Shown piece by piece: positions 22,704 to 34,800 of a stretch of DNA of 47,499 nucleotides. Each line of letters opens with the position of its first letter. The first letter of the stretch is position 1. The notes below the pieces were generated by a model. That model was not told the origin of the DNA. It was given only the letters and a program-made list of their open reading frames with translations, and made no database searches. This stretch comes from Chrysochromulina tobinii (taxonomy: Eukaryota), in assembly GCA_001275005.1 (NCBI GenBank), contig JWZX01003092.1:1-47499 (forward strand). The letters are read 5' to 3'. Both the position numbers and the translations under genes were made by a program.

Positions 22704-23756
22704 ATGGCCCGTTCAACATCGTCGTTGATTCTTTTGACGGCCATCGCGATCACGCTCGCCGTGTCGCCACCTCTTCCAGTAACCGACAGCTTCTTGGCCG
22801 GCAGTTCCGAGGGTGACACATGCGGGGGCGATAGCGCCGCGGCACAGCGATACCACGGTCATCGCACAGATGGAAGCAAGGGGGCAGCATACGTTTTCTC
22901 CATATTTGGCCGCTGCTCGTCACGACACCAGGCGCAGCTGCTCACGAGCGCAGAGATCCTGCAGGACACAAAACCGCAGTTTCCGCTTGCGGCGATGCTC
23001 TCACCAACGTGTTGGCGCAACCTCACCTTTCGCACACTGCTGGAGCAGCAGTCGATCACGCCGATCTGCGTGCCGCGCATCAACAACGTGACATGCCGCG
23101 GGGCGCGCCAGCGCGGCAGTTTCTTCGACGAACATTGGACGAAGCTCAACCTGCATAACCTGACCGGTCTCCGCGTGGCCTTCTATCTCGATAGCGACCT
23201 GGTCGTGCAGCGCAACCTCGACAGCGTCGTGAGCACTCTGCTCAATCGTCCGTCGCTCATGGAGGCACGCACGCCGCAGGGATGCCTGGGCAATGATGCG
23301 GCATATACGTGGTTCAATACAGGCGTCTGGGCCGTGAAGCCCAACGCGCACGAAATGTCAGGCCTCATTGCATGGTTGAAGAACGGCAGCTCGGTGTGCT
23401 ACGACGGCGACCAGAGCGCGGCGATGGGCTACTGGAAAAGCCCCGGCGGCAAGGGTGGACGCTTGAGGTCTCAGGTGCTTCTTCTGCACGTCGGTTACAA
23501 TATGAAGGCGGACCAGGGCCCCCAGGCGTGCCTTAGCAAGCGGAATCTCAACGCGAGCGACCTGCATGTGGTCCACTTCTCGGGCAAGCAGAAGCCCTTT
23601 TCCATGTTCAAAAACAAGGACGACACGTGGAAGGCCGCTCGCGAGAGCTACATGCGCCACTTCAAAAAGTGGGAGGTGCTCCTTGGTGTGCCCTCCTGCA
23701 CAGAGAAGCAGCTGCTGAAGACAAACATGGGCTGCTATACGACGTCTCAGGACTGA
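22704..23756 (+). CDS. Glycosyltransferase family 8 (glycogenin-like)
   Basis: Signal anchor, WTKLNL, YLDSD (DxD), FNTGV...P, GDQ, YN, VVHFSGKQKP. Confidence 0.85.
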   Translation: MARSTSSLILLTAIAITLAVSPPLPVTDSFLAGSSEGDTCGGDSAAAQRYHGHRTDGSKGAAYVFSIFGRCSSRHQAQLLTSAEILQDTKPQFPLAAMLSPTCWRNLTFRTLLEQQSITPICVPRINNVTCRGARQRGSFFDEHWTKLNLHNLTGLRVAFYLDSDLVVQRNLDSVVSTLLNRPSLMEARTPQGCLGNDAAYTWFNTGVWAVKPNAHEMSGLIAWLKNGSSVCYDGDQSAAMGYWKSPGGKGGRLRSQVLLLHVGYNMKADQGPQACLSKRNLNASDLHVVHFSGKQKPFSMFKNKDDTWKAARESYMRHFKKWEVLLGVPSCTEKQLLKTNMGCYTTSQD

Positions 23757-24079
23757 GCGCACACTTTCTTAGAGGCGCGGGCCGGTCATGGGGCCGGTTA
23801 ATTCCTTAGGTGAACTAGTACAGGAGAGATCGGGCCTCACAACCGAAAAGTATAAAAGTATTTGCGGACTGGTCCAGCCATGGGTCCAATGCATGGGTCC
23901 GCTGCGCACTGCCGACTGCGCGAGATTTTGGCGCACGATCGGGATTTTGGACCATTGGGGGAGGGTTTCAACACTCAGGTAGTCACCCCTCATAGGTGTT
24001 TCAACATAATGGCGGAGTACATAACTTTCGTCTGTACCGGTATCCGTCTCAACTTACTTCTATGTTCTCATTGTAGTAC

Positions 24080-24102
24080 TAAGAACTACTTCGTAGTTCT
24101 TA
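24080..24102. other. Perfect 10-bp hairpin in an AT-rich intergenic region
   Basis: taagaactac-ttc-gtagttctta. Confidence 0.8.
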
Positions 24103-24116
24103 TTCGTTCATTCATA

Positions 24117-24212
24117 GTACATAACATGACATAACATGACAGCGGCGCACCGCAAGGACTTTGGGTACATAACATGACATAACATGACAGCGGCGCACCG
24201 CAAGGACTTTGG
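24117..24212. repeat. Exact 48-bp tandem duplication
   Basis: gtacataacatgacataacatgacagcggcgcaccgcaaggactttgg x2. Confidence 0.9.
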
Positions 24213-24302
24213 GGGGACCGCGCCGAAACTGCCGGCTGACTGACTGACTTCGCGGGTGACGTTACACTTTCAGCATGCGCCCCAAGTTTTCCCAGTTCAC
24301 GC

Positions 24303-27300
24303 ATGGCTACCCCCAGTTCCCTCAGTCTGCCTCCTCTCTCTCAGCAGTCCATAGAGCGCTCCGTCGAGCGTTCATCCATCTCGAGAGGCTCATCCATCGA
24401 CCGCTCATCCTACTATCAAAATATTCATGAGAGCGCTTTGCGGAGTTCGACTCCGCGGGGCCTCATGTCCTCCTCAACAGGCCCGGCCTCGCTGCTCCTT
24501 TATCCGCCGGCACTGCCATTCAGCCTGACGCTGCCAGTCACGGTTGAACCGCTCGCACCGCCAGAGGTTAGCCGAGGCCACTCGAAATCTGAAGCTCCCG
24601 CGCGCTGCCTGTGCTGACGGGCTGCTCCGCCGACTCTCGTATCGCGACAGCCTACCGCGGTGCCATGGATGCTCATCGAACGTCGTGAAGCGCTCATTGA
24701 GCGGCTGCGATCGTTTGCGCTCGAGTGGTCGCGAACGCCCGAGAAACGACCCGCGGCGGCGCCGGTACACCTGTGTGCGGAATACGCCGCCCGCCTCGCG
24801 ATGTTGCCGCGGCAGGCCGCATCACCACCGCCTAAGCTGCCCGTGCCACTCAGCATTCCCTTTGGTTCGCCCAGGAGGCGGCGGAAGCAGGAGGAGCTCG
24901 TGTACCTCGCTCTTGCGCCGCAATTGGCACAGCAGCAGGAGCCGCCCCAAGAGCTGCCGCCGCCGCAGCAGCAGTCGCAGCCGCAGCCGCAGCCAGAGCC
25001 GCAGTCACCGACGCCGCCAGGGCCGCCGCCGCCCCTGCGGCAGCGCCACTCGCCTCGCGCAGCGCCGCCCACCCACACGCCGGTGAGCAGCTCCGTGCCT
25101 GCCACCCACAAGATTGAGCCTCCTTCCAACTTCCACCACCAGCACAAGCTCAGCGCCGCGCCGACGGGCTTCGGCTGGGCGGCATCGGCGGCCTCCGCTG
25201 TGAGCGGGGACGTCGACGCGGCGCAGCAGTTGGTGGCCCAGCTACTCAGCGAGCTGATGGCATGCACACTCGCGCTCGTAGAAGCCCTCAACCCTCTCGA
25301 ATGGAGCGCCGTATCGGTCGAAAAGTCAAACACCGGGACTGGGGCCGTGTCGGGCACACCGCGGCTGCCGCCCTCACCATCATCATCCTCAACACCCTCA
25401 ACACTCTCATCACCCTCGTCGCGATCGCAGACTGACCACCAAAGCTTCAGCAGCGGCGGCCGCAGCAGTCGCAGCGAAGATCGCAAGGGCCCGCGGCCCG
25501 TAAGCTCGCCCCGCGAGCTCGCAGCCCGTAAGCTCGCCCCGCTCCATCCCGTACTTCCCGTCTCGCCGCGGCCCGTGTCGCGTGGCAACTCGCGGCCCGT
25601 GTCGCGTGGCACCGCAGCCTCGGCTGCCAGATCGGCCACAGAGAGCTCCGCGGCCGACATCGAGGTCGCTAGGGGCGCCTCGGGCGCCGCTCTGCCCGAA
25701 CATTGGATCGCATGGGCACTCCGTCCGCCGCCGGCCATCGTGGCGGTCGGCCCGCCTCCTGGGCTCAAATCCGGTGTCGCCTATCTGCTGCAGGTGCTCC
25801 TTGACTTCCACCGACTGCCCCTGCCCTCGGTGACCGACCCGTTCGCCCTACTTTGGTTCGACGAGACACGCGAGGCGCGTCTGCTGCCCGAGGCGTTGCA
25901 TGCGCCGCCCACACACGCAAAGCTGCGCGCTGCCGGCTTCAAGCTGCGTGCGCTCATGTGCCCCGAGCATATGCGCATCCTCTACAGGGCACAGCGCTCG
26001 CCACTCGGCCGCAACGACCCCTCGTGGAGGGCGCTGAGCACGCTACTATACGGTAGCCCCGGAGGATACATGCAGAGGCTGCGCCAAATTTGGGTGCGCG
26101 AGCAGGCGGCGCTCCGCATGCAGATGTGGCTCATTCGCGCGCGCATGCGCGTGCGTATGCGCGCGCGGCGCGAGGCGCGGCGTCACGTGGCGGCAACCAC
26201 CATCCAGCGGCACTACCGCGTACGTCACGACTGGCTCGGGGCGCCCGCCTCGCTGTTCGGCGACGTGTCCCTCGAGGTACGTCGTCGTGCGGAGCAGGAG
26301 AAGCGCGAGATGGAGGCGGCCCTCGTGGCTCAACGGCGCGAGGAGCGCCGGTTGGCAGCGCGCCAAGCCCTCCTGGCGAGGCGTCGTGCAGCGGTCAAGT
26401 CTGCTCTCGGTCCCTGCCGGGCGTTTTACAAGGCGCGCCGTGTGGTGGGCGACCGGTGGCTCACTGCCCCTTGCCAAGCGGTGGCTCGTCCGCTCTCGCG
26501 CCGCGAGGACGGTCGCGTCGATCGGCGCGAGCGCCGCCACGCACGCCGCCGCCACCCGCTTCCAGGCGGCCTTCCGAGCTCAGATGACGCGCGCGAGGCT
26601 CATCACCGTGCAGTTCGAGCTGTGCGCGCGCGCGGCGAGTGCGTCGGCGGCAGCTGTGAATCTTCGGCAGCCTCTGTGGAATGCCCTCACTGGATGGCGG
26701 CTCGAGGCGAGTCAGAGTGCTGAGAGTGCGTCGGCCGCGCTCGCCTCGCTCGAGCTCGCGAGCCGCGCGCACGAGCTGTTGCTACGGCGGCAGCATGCCG
26801 CGGCTGTGGCGCGCAGTGCGCTGCTGCGTTGGTACATGGGCGACGGCAGGCCACTCACGGAGGCAAAGCTCTTCGAAGCTGTCGCCCAGGCAAGCGCTGA
26901 GCTCGCCGCCGCCGCCACCGCCGAGGCCTCGAAGGCTGCCGACCCCGCGGCAGAGCCAGCGCAGGTGGCGGCGGCGCAGGTGGCGGCAGCAGCGCCTTCT
27001 GCCGCGCCCGCGCCGGCTGCCGCGGCTTCATCCGGCGGCGTCTTGTCCGGCGACTTGTCCGGCGAAAGAGCCGACACTCATTCGCCGACAGAGAGATCGG
27101 CGTCACCTCCGCCGACTCTCCTGGGCGCGGCGTCGGGCGCTGCGTCGGGCGCGGCGGCCTCGAGCGCAGCGGCGTCTGCGTTTGCGGAGCTCGAGTCGGC
27201 CATGCTGCAGGCCGAGCGTCTCGAGGAGCGTGTGAGTCGGATGAGCGGTGCCGCCGAGTGCTGCGCCAAAGTACTCACTGCTCTGCCGATGGCCTTCGAC

Positions 27301-30300
27301 GCCCTCGCGGGTGTTGAAGAGCTTCTGACCCGCGCTGCCGACGGCTGGGCAGCCTCGGCCGCGGCGGGCCTTTCAAGGCTGCCGGCACTCACGCACGCGT
27401 GGGTACAGCTCGAGCAGTTGGCGGCGCTCCATCGGCATGCCGCGTCGCTCAAGCAGCTCGCGCTGCGCGAAGAGGGCGTTCCAAATAAGGAGAGCGCCAT
27501 GTCCGATCTCCGATGCAGATACGAAGAGGCGCGTGCTTCCGAGCACTCGACTCGCATAGCTCTCAAGGCCCTCGTGGCCGGATCGCGAGACCGGCTCGCC
27601 TGGCTCAAGGCTACCGAGCGACTTGCTCAAGCACACGGCGCCCTCGCACTCTTGGCCACTCTCGAGAGCGCACGTGCCGAGGCCCTCGCCGGCGCGCGTC
27701 AGCTGCGTGTGCGCGAGTTGCAAGCGCAGCGACTCGGGAGCATTCGCGCGAAGCTCGAGGCATGCCGCGCGCAGGGATCCATTGACGAAGCTCACGGCGC
27801 GCGCCGGGCGCTCGGAGCGCTTGTGGGGGCGGAGAGCGAGGCTGGGGCGCGGTGGGCGCGTCTTTTCGGTGCGTGCGGCGGTGTTCGCGGCGCTCGAGAC
27901 GGCGCTCGAGCGCTCGCAACGGGCGCAGCGCGAGCTTGCGGCGGAGCTCACGGCAAGGCGCCAGGCGGAATCGAGGCAGCGACGTGCTGCCGCCTCTTCT
28001 CATGTGCGGCGGGCCACGACCTCACCACATAATAAGGAAGGCCCAAATAAGGAAGGCCCAAATAAGGAAGGCCGGGAGACCATGCTGCGTAGCACCGTGC
28101 ATGCAATCCAAGGGGAGGTTGACGCGCTCCGCGCGCTTATGAGCCTCTTGCCGAGCGAAGTGGAGCGGCTGCCGAGCTCGTGGCTGCGGCTCAATGTGGA
28201 TGAGTTGCTCGAAGAGGCAGCGATGCGACAACGGCACGCGGAGCACGTGGCGAAGGCGAGATCGCGCGAGCTCGAGGAGCACGAGCTTGCGATGCAAGCG
28301 ATGCGCGGCGCGACGAGCACCAGATTCCGTCGCGCTGCCCGGCTCACCAGCCAGCTGCACGCCTTCCAAGTTGCCAGCGGCGGCGCCTCCACCGCCGCTA
28401 GCGGCGCTGGCGGCAGCGGCGACGCCGGTGCCGGCAGCGGCGGCGGCGGTGGTGGCGCTGGCTGCGGCATCGAGATGACGCTTCCAGATGGTGGCGTGCC
28501 GCGAAGGCTCGAGCCCGAGGGCCAGTGGGAGCGTCGTCATGTACACGTGGCACTCGCGCACGCCGCCGGTGCCTTGCATGCGGGCGCGACGCCTCGTACG
28601 GTAGGCGGGCGCGAGGCCTTGCTGGCGGCGGTGCGGCTCCGACCGCCCAGATGGCTCTGTGAGCCCTCGAATCGTATCACGCCAGAGCAGCTGCTGGCTG
28701 CGGCCCAGCTCGTCGGCGTGCGAGTCGAGTTGAGCGGCGAGGCTAATAAGGCACGTATCGCTGGCCCCACTTGCCTTGTTAGGCCCGAGTGGAGCCTCCT
28801 GTGGCTTGGGCTTGAGCTCCTCCGAGCTCCCCTGCCGATCGGATGGTGCGACGTGCCGCCCGCTTTGCCCTGGCAGCTGCCAACGTTTGTGCTGGAGCGG
28901 GGGCCAGATCGGGGGCCAGAGTTGGATCGCGGGCTAGTCGCGGGCCACGTCGTGGACGATGGCGAGCCTGCGGTCCTCGCCGCGCTGAGCCGCGCGCTGC
29001 ACAAGCGGCCGAGTGCCTCGATGCCGCGCCCGAGCAGCTTCCCAGTCGACTTTTTCGAGCGTGGCACGTGCGTCACTGCCTCGTCCGACATTGCCTTTGG
29101 CGGCGACGTGCTGCACAACTCGAGCGCGACCAATGCAAAGGCGCGCCTCTTGTCCAATACGGAGGACTACGTGTCCTCGCCGAACATGACGGCGCTCACG
29201 CTGCACGTGCACAATTCCAACGCCGAGCAGGTGCTCGTGGGCATCCGCGTACTGCTCGGCTCGGCCCACCCTCATGACATCCCTGCGTCCTTCTCTCTCT
29301 TTGGGCGCACGATCGCGACACACGAGGGGCAAAGGCGCTGGTACGACGTGCCGCTGACCGAGGCGGAGGCGATCGCGGGCCACAGGCAGCTGACCCTCGT
29401 CTTCTCGGCGACGCACTCGGGCATCAACGTGCCCGTCATTGACGCGGTCGACGTGTACGCCCAATCCAAGGCGCAGTTTGGCTACGACGCGAAGCTCGCA
29501 ACCATGGTCGAGCAGTACCAGCTGATGGGCTCGGCTCTGGTGGACCGAAGCAAAGAGACCGAGGTGCGCGTCGCCACGGTGGCGGCCCCGGCTGCCGCTG
29601 CAATGGAGAGCGTCGTGACCTCCACCGCCCCTGCGATCGTTGGCGGGAGGTCCAAGGCTGCGAGATGGCAGCAGGAGATCAACGACCCCGTCGGGCCGCT
29701 TGGACCGTGGACCCTACGGGAACACCTCAAGTGTGAACACCTCAAGTTCAGCGGAGGGAAGCGTGCCCTCGACTTTTCGGGGGTGAGGGATTCGGACGGT
29801 TCCGGAGACGTCACTCTGGCGGGATTCGTCACTCAGGCGGGATTCGTCACTCTGGCGGGATTCGGCGACTTCGTCAGGTCCGTCGGCTTTACAGACGCAT
29901 CCCAGGCGCAGATCGAAGAGACATTCCAACACTTTGACGTGGATGGCTCAGGCCGGATCCCGTACGTGGAGCTTGACAAGAGGCTTCGCCAACGGCCGAT
30001 GGTGCAAGAGCCACCCCCCAAGCCGTCACCGTCAGGGGCGAGCAGCGCAGCAGCCCTCGCGCTCTTAACGACGCTCGAGGACACGGAGGCGGCTGCTGAC
30101 GCACCCGCACCCGCACCCGCCACCGGCGCCGCACCGAGCGCCACACCGAGCGCTGCACCGAGCGCCGCTCAAGGCCGCCACCCGCTTCTTCCCGCTCTCG
30201 TATCGGAGCTCGGATTCTTGCGGCAGCGGCGGAGGCTGCGCTGGCGCATGTACCGGCCTTTGGAGCCAGTCTGGCTCTTCTCGATCGCGGATGCGACCGA

Positions 30301-30829
30301 TGGTGGCGGGCGAACAACCTATGTGGACCTGCGCACGGGCGCCCGATACGACGCGTTCCCGAGCGAGTTGCTGCCTGCGCCGCCGCCTGTCGAGCCGCCC
30401 GTGCTCGTCGGCGGTTTCGCGGCCGTTGTCGAGGCCGAACGCGAGCGGCACGCGGCAGAAAAGCGCGCGGCGGCACGGCAGGCGCGGCGCGAGCAGCTCG
30501 CATCCGAGGCTGCGCACGCCGAGGCGGCGACGCGCGGGGTGCGTGCTGAGGCGCTCCGGCTGCGCCCGCGTTGCGCCGTCGAGCTCATGCACGCCGCGCG
30601 CGCCCTTCGCCTGGATTTGGTGGCCCAGCCCGAGCTTGCCTTCCTTGCGGAGCTTGCCCTCTGCTCCGCGCTGCCCGCCGGTTGGGAGCTCGTGCCCCAG
30701 GGGATAGCACCAGCAGGCGCCGTTGGGGCTGCCTCTGGCGCCGCGCCCGTGCGCTACCGCCACGTTGTGAGCGGCACAGTGCACTCGAGCCACCCGCTCG
30801 AGGCCGTCGCCACGCATTTTCGAGTGTGA
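24303..30829 (+). CDS. Large multi-exon protein: Pro/Ser-rich N-terminus, IQ motifs, coiled coil, CEP164-type WW-like modules, embedded UBR4/BIG-like segment and EF-hands
   Basis: Chain of ORFs joined by intron 24567-24650, a probable 46-nt GC-AG intron 26433-26478, and a frame change near the T-run at ~27862. IQ motifs: AATTIQRHYR, AATRFQAAFR. WW-like: LRAPLPIGW, LCSALPAGW..YRH..SG....HPL. EF-hand: DVDGSGRIPYVE. Confidence 0.55.
24567..24650 (+). other. Spliceosomal intron (GT-AG, 84 nt)
   Basis: gag|gttagc, branch-like gctgac, cgacag|cct. Phase 0; removes an in-frame stop. Confidence 0.7.
28031..28073 (+). repeat. 15-bp tandem repeat (NKEGP x3)
   Basis: aataaggaaggccca, about 3 copies. 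Confidence 0.9.
29810..29863 (+). repeat. 18-bp tandem triplication (VTLAGF) in an EF-hand exit helix
   Basis: gtcactc(t/a)ggcgggattc x3, following DSDGSGD. Confidence 0.9.
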
Positions 30830-31063
30830 TGGTTCATGCTTAAGCTAGAGCTAGGCTGCCTACGGCTCGCTGTGATGGTTCACGCTTAAATTTTGAGCTA
30901 TAGGCAGCCTAGCCTTCAATGGGAGAGCAGGATGGGGTCACCACTTGCTCGAGTTTCGTCCAAAATCCTGTTTTGGAGATCAGGATCCGCACATTGCCCG
31001 CGAAGGCGCTCACCACGACGCGTATTTCCCGTCCACAAAACTTCGCGGGGTCGGAGGCCATTG

Positions 31064-31417
31064 ATGCGGGCCTTGGCGTCGGAAGATACTGACCTCCAAA
31101 ACGACTTGCTGGCCGACATCGGTTGGGAAGAGGGTTCTGGCTCGGGCGAGCCAGGTTCGGGTTCGGGCGAGCCGAGTTCAGGCGAGCCTTCTCCGCAGCC
31201 TGAGGACCTTTCATTTCTTTACTACACAGTCCCAATCGTCGCTGTGTTGCTAGCCGTGTGCGCTTGCCTTTGCGTCTATTTGCGAAGGCGTGCGGCGAGG
31301 AGGAGCCAGATAACGCGTCTCTGGCAGCAGCATATCCAGGACGCTAGTTCGCAGGAGCCCTTTCTCGAAGCGAGTAAAGGCGGCTCCGTCAACTCTCCGG
31401 CGATGCGAGTCTCGTGA
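31064..31417 (+). CDS. Small single-pass membrane protein with acidic Ser-Gly repeats
   Basis: EEGSGSGEPGSGSGEPSSGE, then a TM segment (VPIVAVLLAVCACLCVYL) and an RRR stop-transfer. The start is uncertain. Confidence 0.5.
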   Translation: MRALASEDTDLQNDLLADIGWEEGSGSGEPGSGSGEPSSGEPSPQPEDLSFLYYTVPIVAVLLAVCACLCVYLRRRAARRSQITRLWQQHIQDASSQEPFLEASKGGSVNSPAMRVS

Positions 31418-31821
31418 ATGGAGACGCCGGATGCTCAGGTGGAGACGCCGGATGCTCTCAGGTGGAGACGCGGAAGATGCAACTTTTTTACGAGACGGCT
31501 GCTGAACTTCCTCGCGAGTGCTGGTGCGCGGAGCGCGTTCGAAGCTTGTAGGTGCAAGCGGTGTGATCCACACGCCCGCGCGCACACTGCACACTCTACC
31601 GCACGTGTGACGTGAGTCGTCTCTGTCAAGATTTACACTCACACGCTCAAACACACAGCATCTCTCACACGCGCTCATATTTATTGTGACAGCTGATCTC
31701 CGGGGCCTGGAATGGACTCAGATCCAGATCTGGTATGGATGCACCCTTGTGCACGCACAGTCACATGCGCTTGCCCAGCTGAAGAGCTGGATTGAGGCGC
31801 CGCCCCCTCGTCTGTTTGGAC

Positions 31822-34800
31822 TTAGCCCTTCCGTGAACTTGGGGCAGTGACCGGCCGTTTTGCGGCGTTGAGATTGGGGCCCCTGACCACGGGCAGTGAG
31901 TCGGCTCCAGGCGTGCTCGGGCGAGTCTCCTTGGGGATGGTCGCGAAGGTCGTCTTCGGGCTGTTGCCGCCGCTCTTGGCGCTGCCGGGGCGCTTAAGCG
32001 CGCTGTTAAGCGGCATGGCCGAGCCTGGCCTAGGCGGCCGGCCATGCTTGGGGCTGCCGCTTCGGGAGGGTTGCCCGTCACCGCCGTCTGCTGGGAGCAC
32101 GATTGAAAGTCCATGCGAGCCGCCGCGCACGGCGCCCCCATTCCCGCCGCCACCATCAAAGAGATTGATGGTGGCGGGCTGAGACCTCACCCCGTCGCGC
32201 ACGGGCACGGAGTCGATCCACGCGCTCACGGTAGTGAGTGTCTGCGAGAGCCGATTACGAGCCTCCGCCTGCGACTGCAGCACAGACAAGATGAGCATCG
32301 AGTCGCCCAACCGCTTGTCCTCCGCATACCTGCCACGATGCACAGCCATCAATGGCAATCGATGGTACTCAAAGGGCATCAATGGCAATCAACGGTACTC
32401 AAAGTGCATCAATGGCAATCCAGGTATCTATGTGGTATCTATGATAATCTAGATCATCAACGGTCATCAATGGGCGCCTCAACGTACATCTTCTCCTGAG
32501 GCGAGCTGTACTGAGTCTTGACGAAGACAGGCGCGGCGCCGCGCTCCACGGCGCGCTGTGCGGCAGCTTGACGCTGCAGCGCGCGGGCGCTCGGCTCGCG
32601 ATGAAGGACTGAGGCGGTCTGCGGGCGCGGCGAGCCATATGAGCGTATGGCTTGCTCGGCGTTCATGGTGCGTGCGAGCCCGATGGCGTTGCTGTACTCC
32701 TGCTGTGCGGATGCATCGAGGCGCACCGTGCACGGGCACTTGTCTTGCAGCCCGAGCAAGGTCCACATCATCGAGGCGAATGGATTGGAGCGCAGATCGA
32801 GCTCGCCGCCAGATCGCGCGAGCAGCCCCGTGCGCGGCGGCATGCCGGTCGCTTCGTACAGGGCGCTCGCCTCCTCGCCATAATTCTCCTCGAGCACACG
32901 TGCGAACTCATCGCCGCCGACAGGCCCGATGCGGTTGTTCACAATCGAGAGGACCTTGAGTTGTGAATCGGCGGAGGTGACAACGACAGCGAAGGCCTTC
33001 GCCGAGCGGTCCCCTAGCCGATTCGAATTTAGATTGAGGTTCGTCAGCGTCTTATTTTGGCACAGTGAGAGCCCGAGCGCCTCACCCACGGCGTCGCCGA
33101 TCTCGTCCGCCGACAGATTCAGCTGGCGCAGCGTCGAGGCAGGCGAGGCGAAGCTCTGTGCGATCATCTCCCAGTGCGGCGTGAGGGCGAGGGTCGAGCC
33201 AAGCTTGTTGGCCGTGAGCTCGAGGAAGATAGGGCACTTGTTCGAGGCGACGACAGCCGCGAGCGCCTCGGCGAGTGCGGTGCAGTCCTCGGGCTTCGCC
33301 TCGGGCGTCGTTCGAGACCCAGGGGGCGCTCCCGCCTTCGGGTTGTAGTTGGTGGCCAGGTTGATCAACGGCAACGCCGGTGCACGCATGCCGCGGAAGA
33401 CGGCCGCGAGTCCGCGATGGCCAAGCTGACACACGTGCAGCAGCACACGCTGCACGCCGCCTGCTCTGCTCAACAATCTCTCGATCGCCTCACCTCCCTT
33501 GGTGCCGAGCTCGTTGTAAGAGAGGTTGAGGCACGTGAGGGAGAAGTGCATGGTCGCGAGGTCACCCACCACACGCGTCGTCACGCCCGTCTTGAGCTCA
33601 TCTGACATGGAGAGGAGACCGGGGATCTGCATCTCGTCACTTCCTTTTTTGGTGCCGAAGCCCGAGATCTGGTCGAGCGAGATCCACTGCCGTCCGCCGT
33701 CGACGGAGACGCGCTCGAGGTGAGGCAGCTTCTTGATGCAGTGGATGAACTGCAAGTACTGCACATCGCCGAGGGGCGCGACGTCGGCTCCCTTGCCCGT
33801 GGGGTCCGTCTTCCCCTTGAAGAGTTCTATCGGCAGAGAGATGGAGCGCAGCCTCGTGTCCTGTACGTATTGCCCGTCAGGCTCGATGAGCAGGCAGAGG
33901 GTCTCGAAGGCGTCCAGGGAAAGTTCGTCGAATTGCCAGTGGCTCAGGTGCGAGCAGATCTGGCACGCGAGCCGCCCGCCGCCAAGCCGGAAAGCGCTCA
34001 TCGCGTACGGGTCGTTGAGCTTATCCTGAAGCGCCTTGCTGTCCGTGCATGCCTTGACAAGCTGCTCGAGCCCAAAGGTCTCGCGCAGCTGTGGCAGCAG
34101 GAAGTCGACGACCGCGGCCCCATCTTCTTCCGCGAGCCTCAAGAAGGGTGGCAGCTTCTTGGCTTCCGGCTCAAAGGCCCGATTCCAGTACGCGAGGGCG
34201 CCCGGGGGAGCGCCGGCGCCTAAGACTTTGGTCACGTCGGGTATGGGCACCGCCTTCTTGCTGCTCGTCATCTCGGCCGAGAGGCAACTGAACAGGTCCT
34301 TGGCGTTCTCAACGTCGGCGGGCATGCCGCCCGGCGTCTCGACGTTGAAGCGCGTGAGCACCGAGACAATGGCGCCCTCGAGGGCTTCGACATAGGAGGC
34401 GGGCATCGGCTCCTTAATTTGACCCGCCATGCGCTCGCGCAGATGGATTGCGAGCACGGCGAGCGAGGACGGGCTACCGGCGCTGCTTGAGAGGTAGAGC
34501 AGCATGGCGTTGAGAAGCTTCGGGTCCGACTTTTCGTACTGAGAGAGCAGCGCCAGACGGAAGGCCGTGTACCGCTCGTCTGCTTTGAGCTCGACATGCT
34601 TGGACATCAGCGGACTGTAGAGAGGGGATTCGATGGAATCAGAGGCAGTCAGAGGCCATCATGGGCCATGAGAGGCAATCAAGAGGCCATCAGAGGCAAT
34701 CAAGAGGCCATCAGAGGCAATCAGAGGGAATCCGATGCAAGCAGAGGCCGTCAGGGGCCATCAGAGGCAGTCAGAGGCAGTCAGAGGCAGTCAGAGGCCA

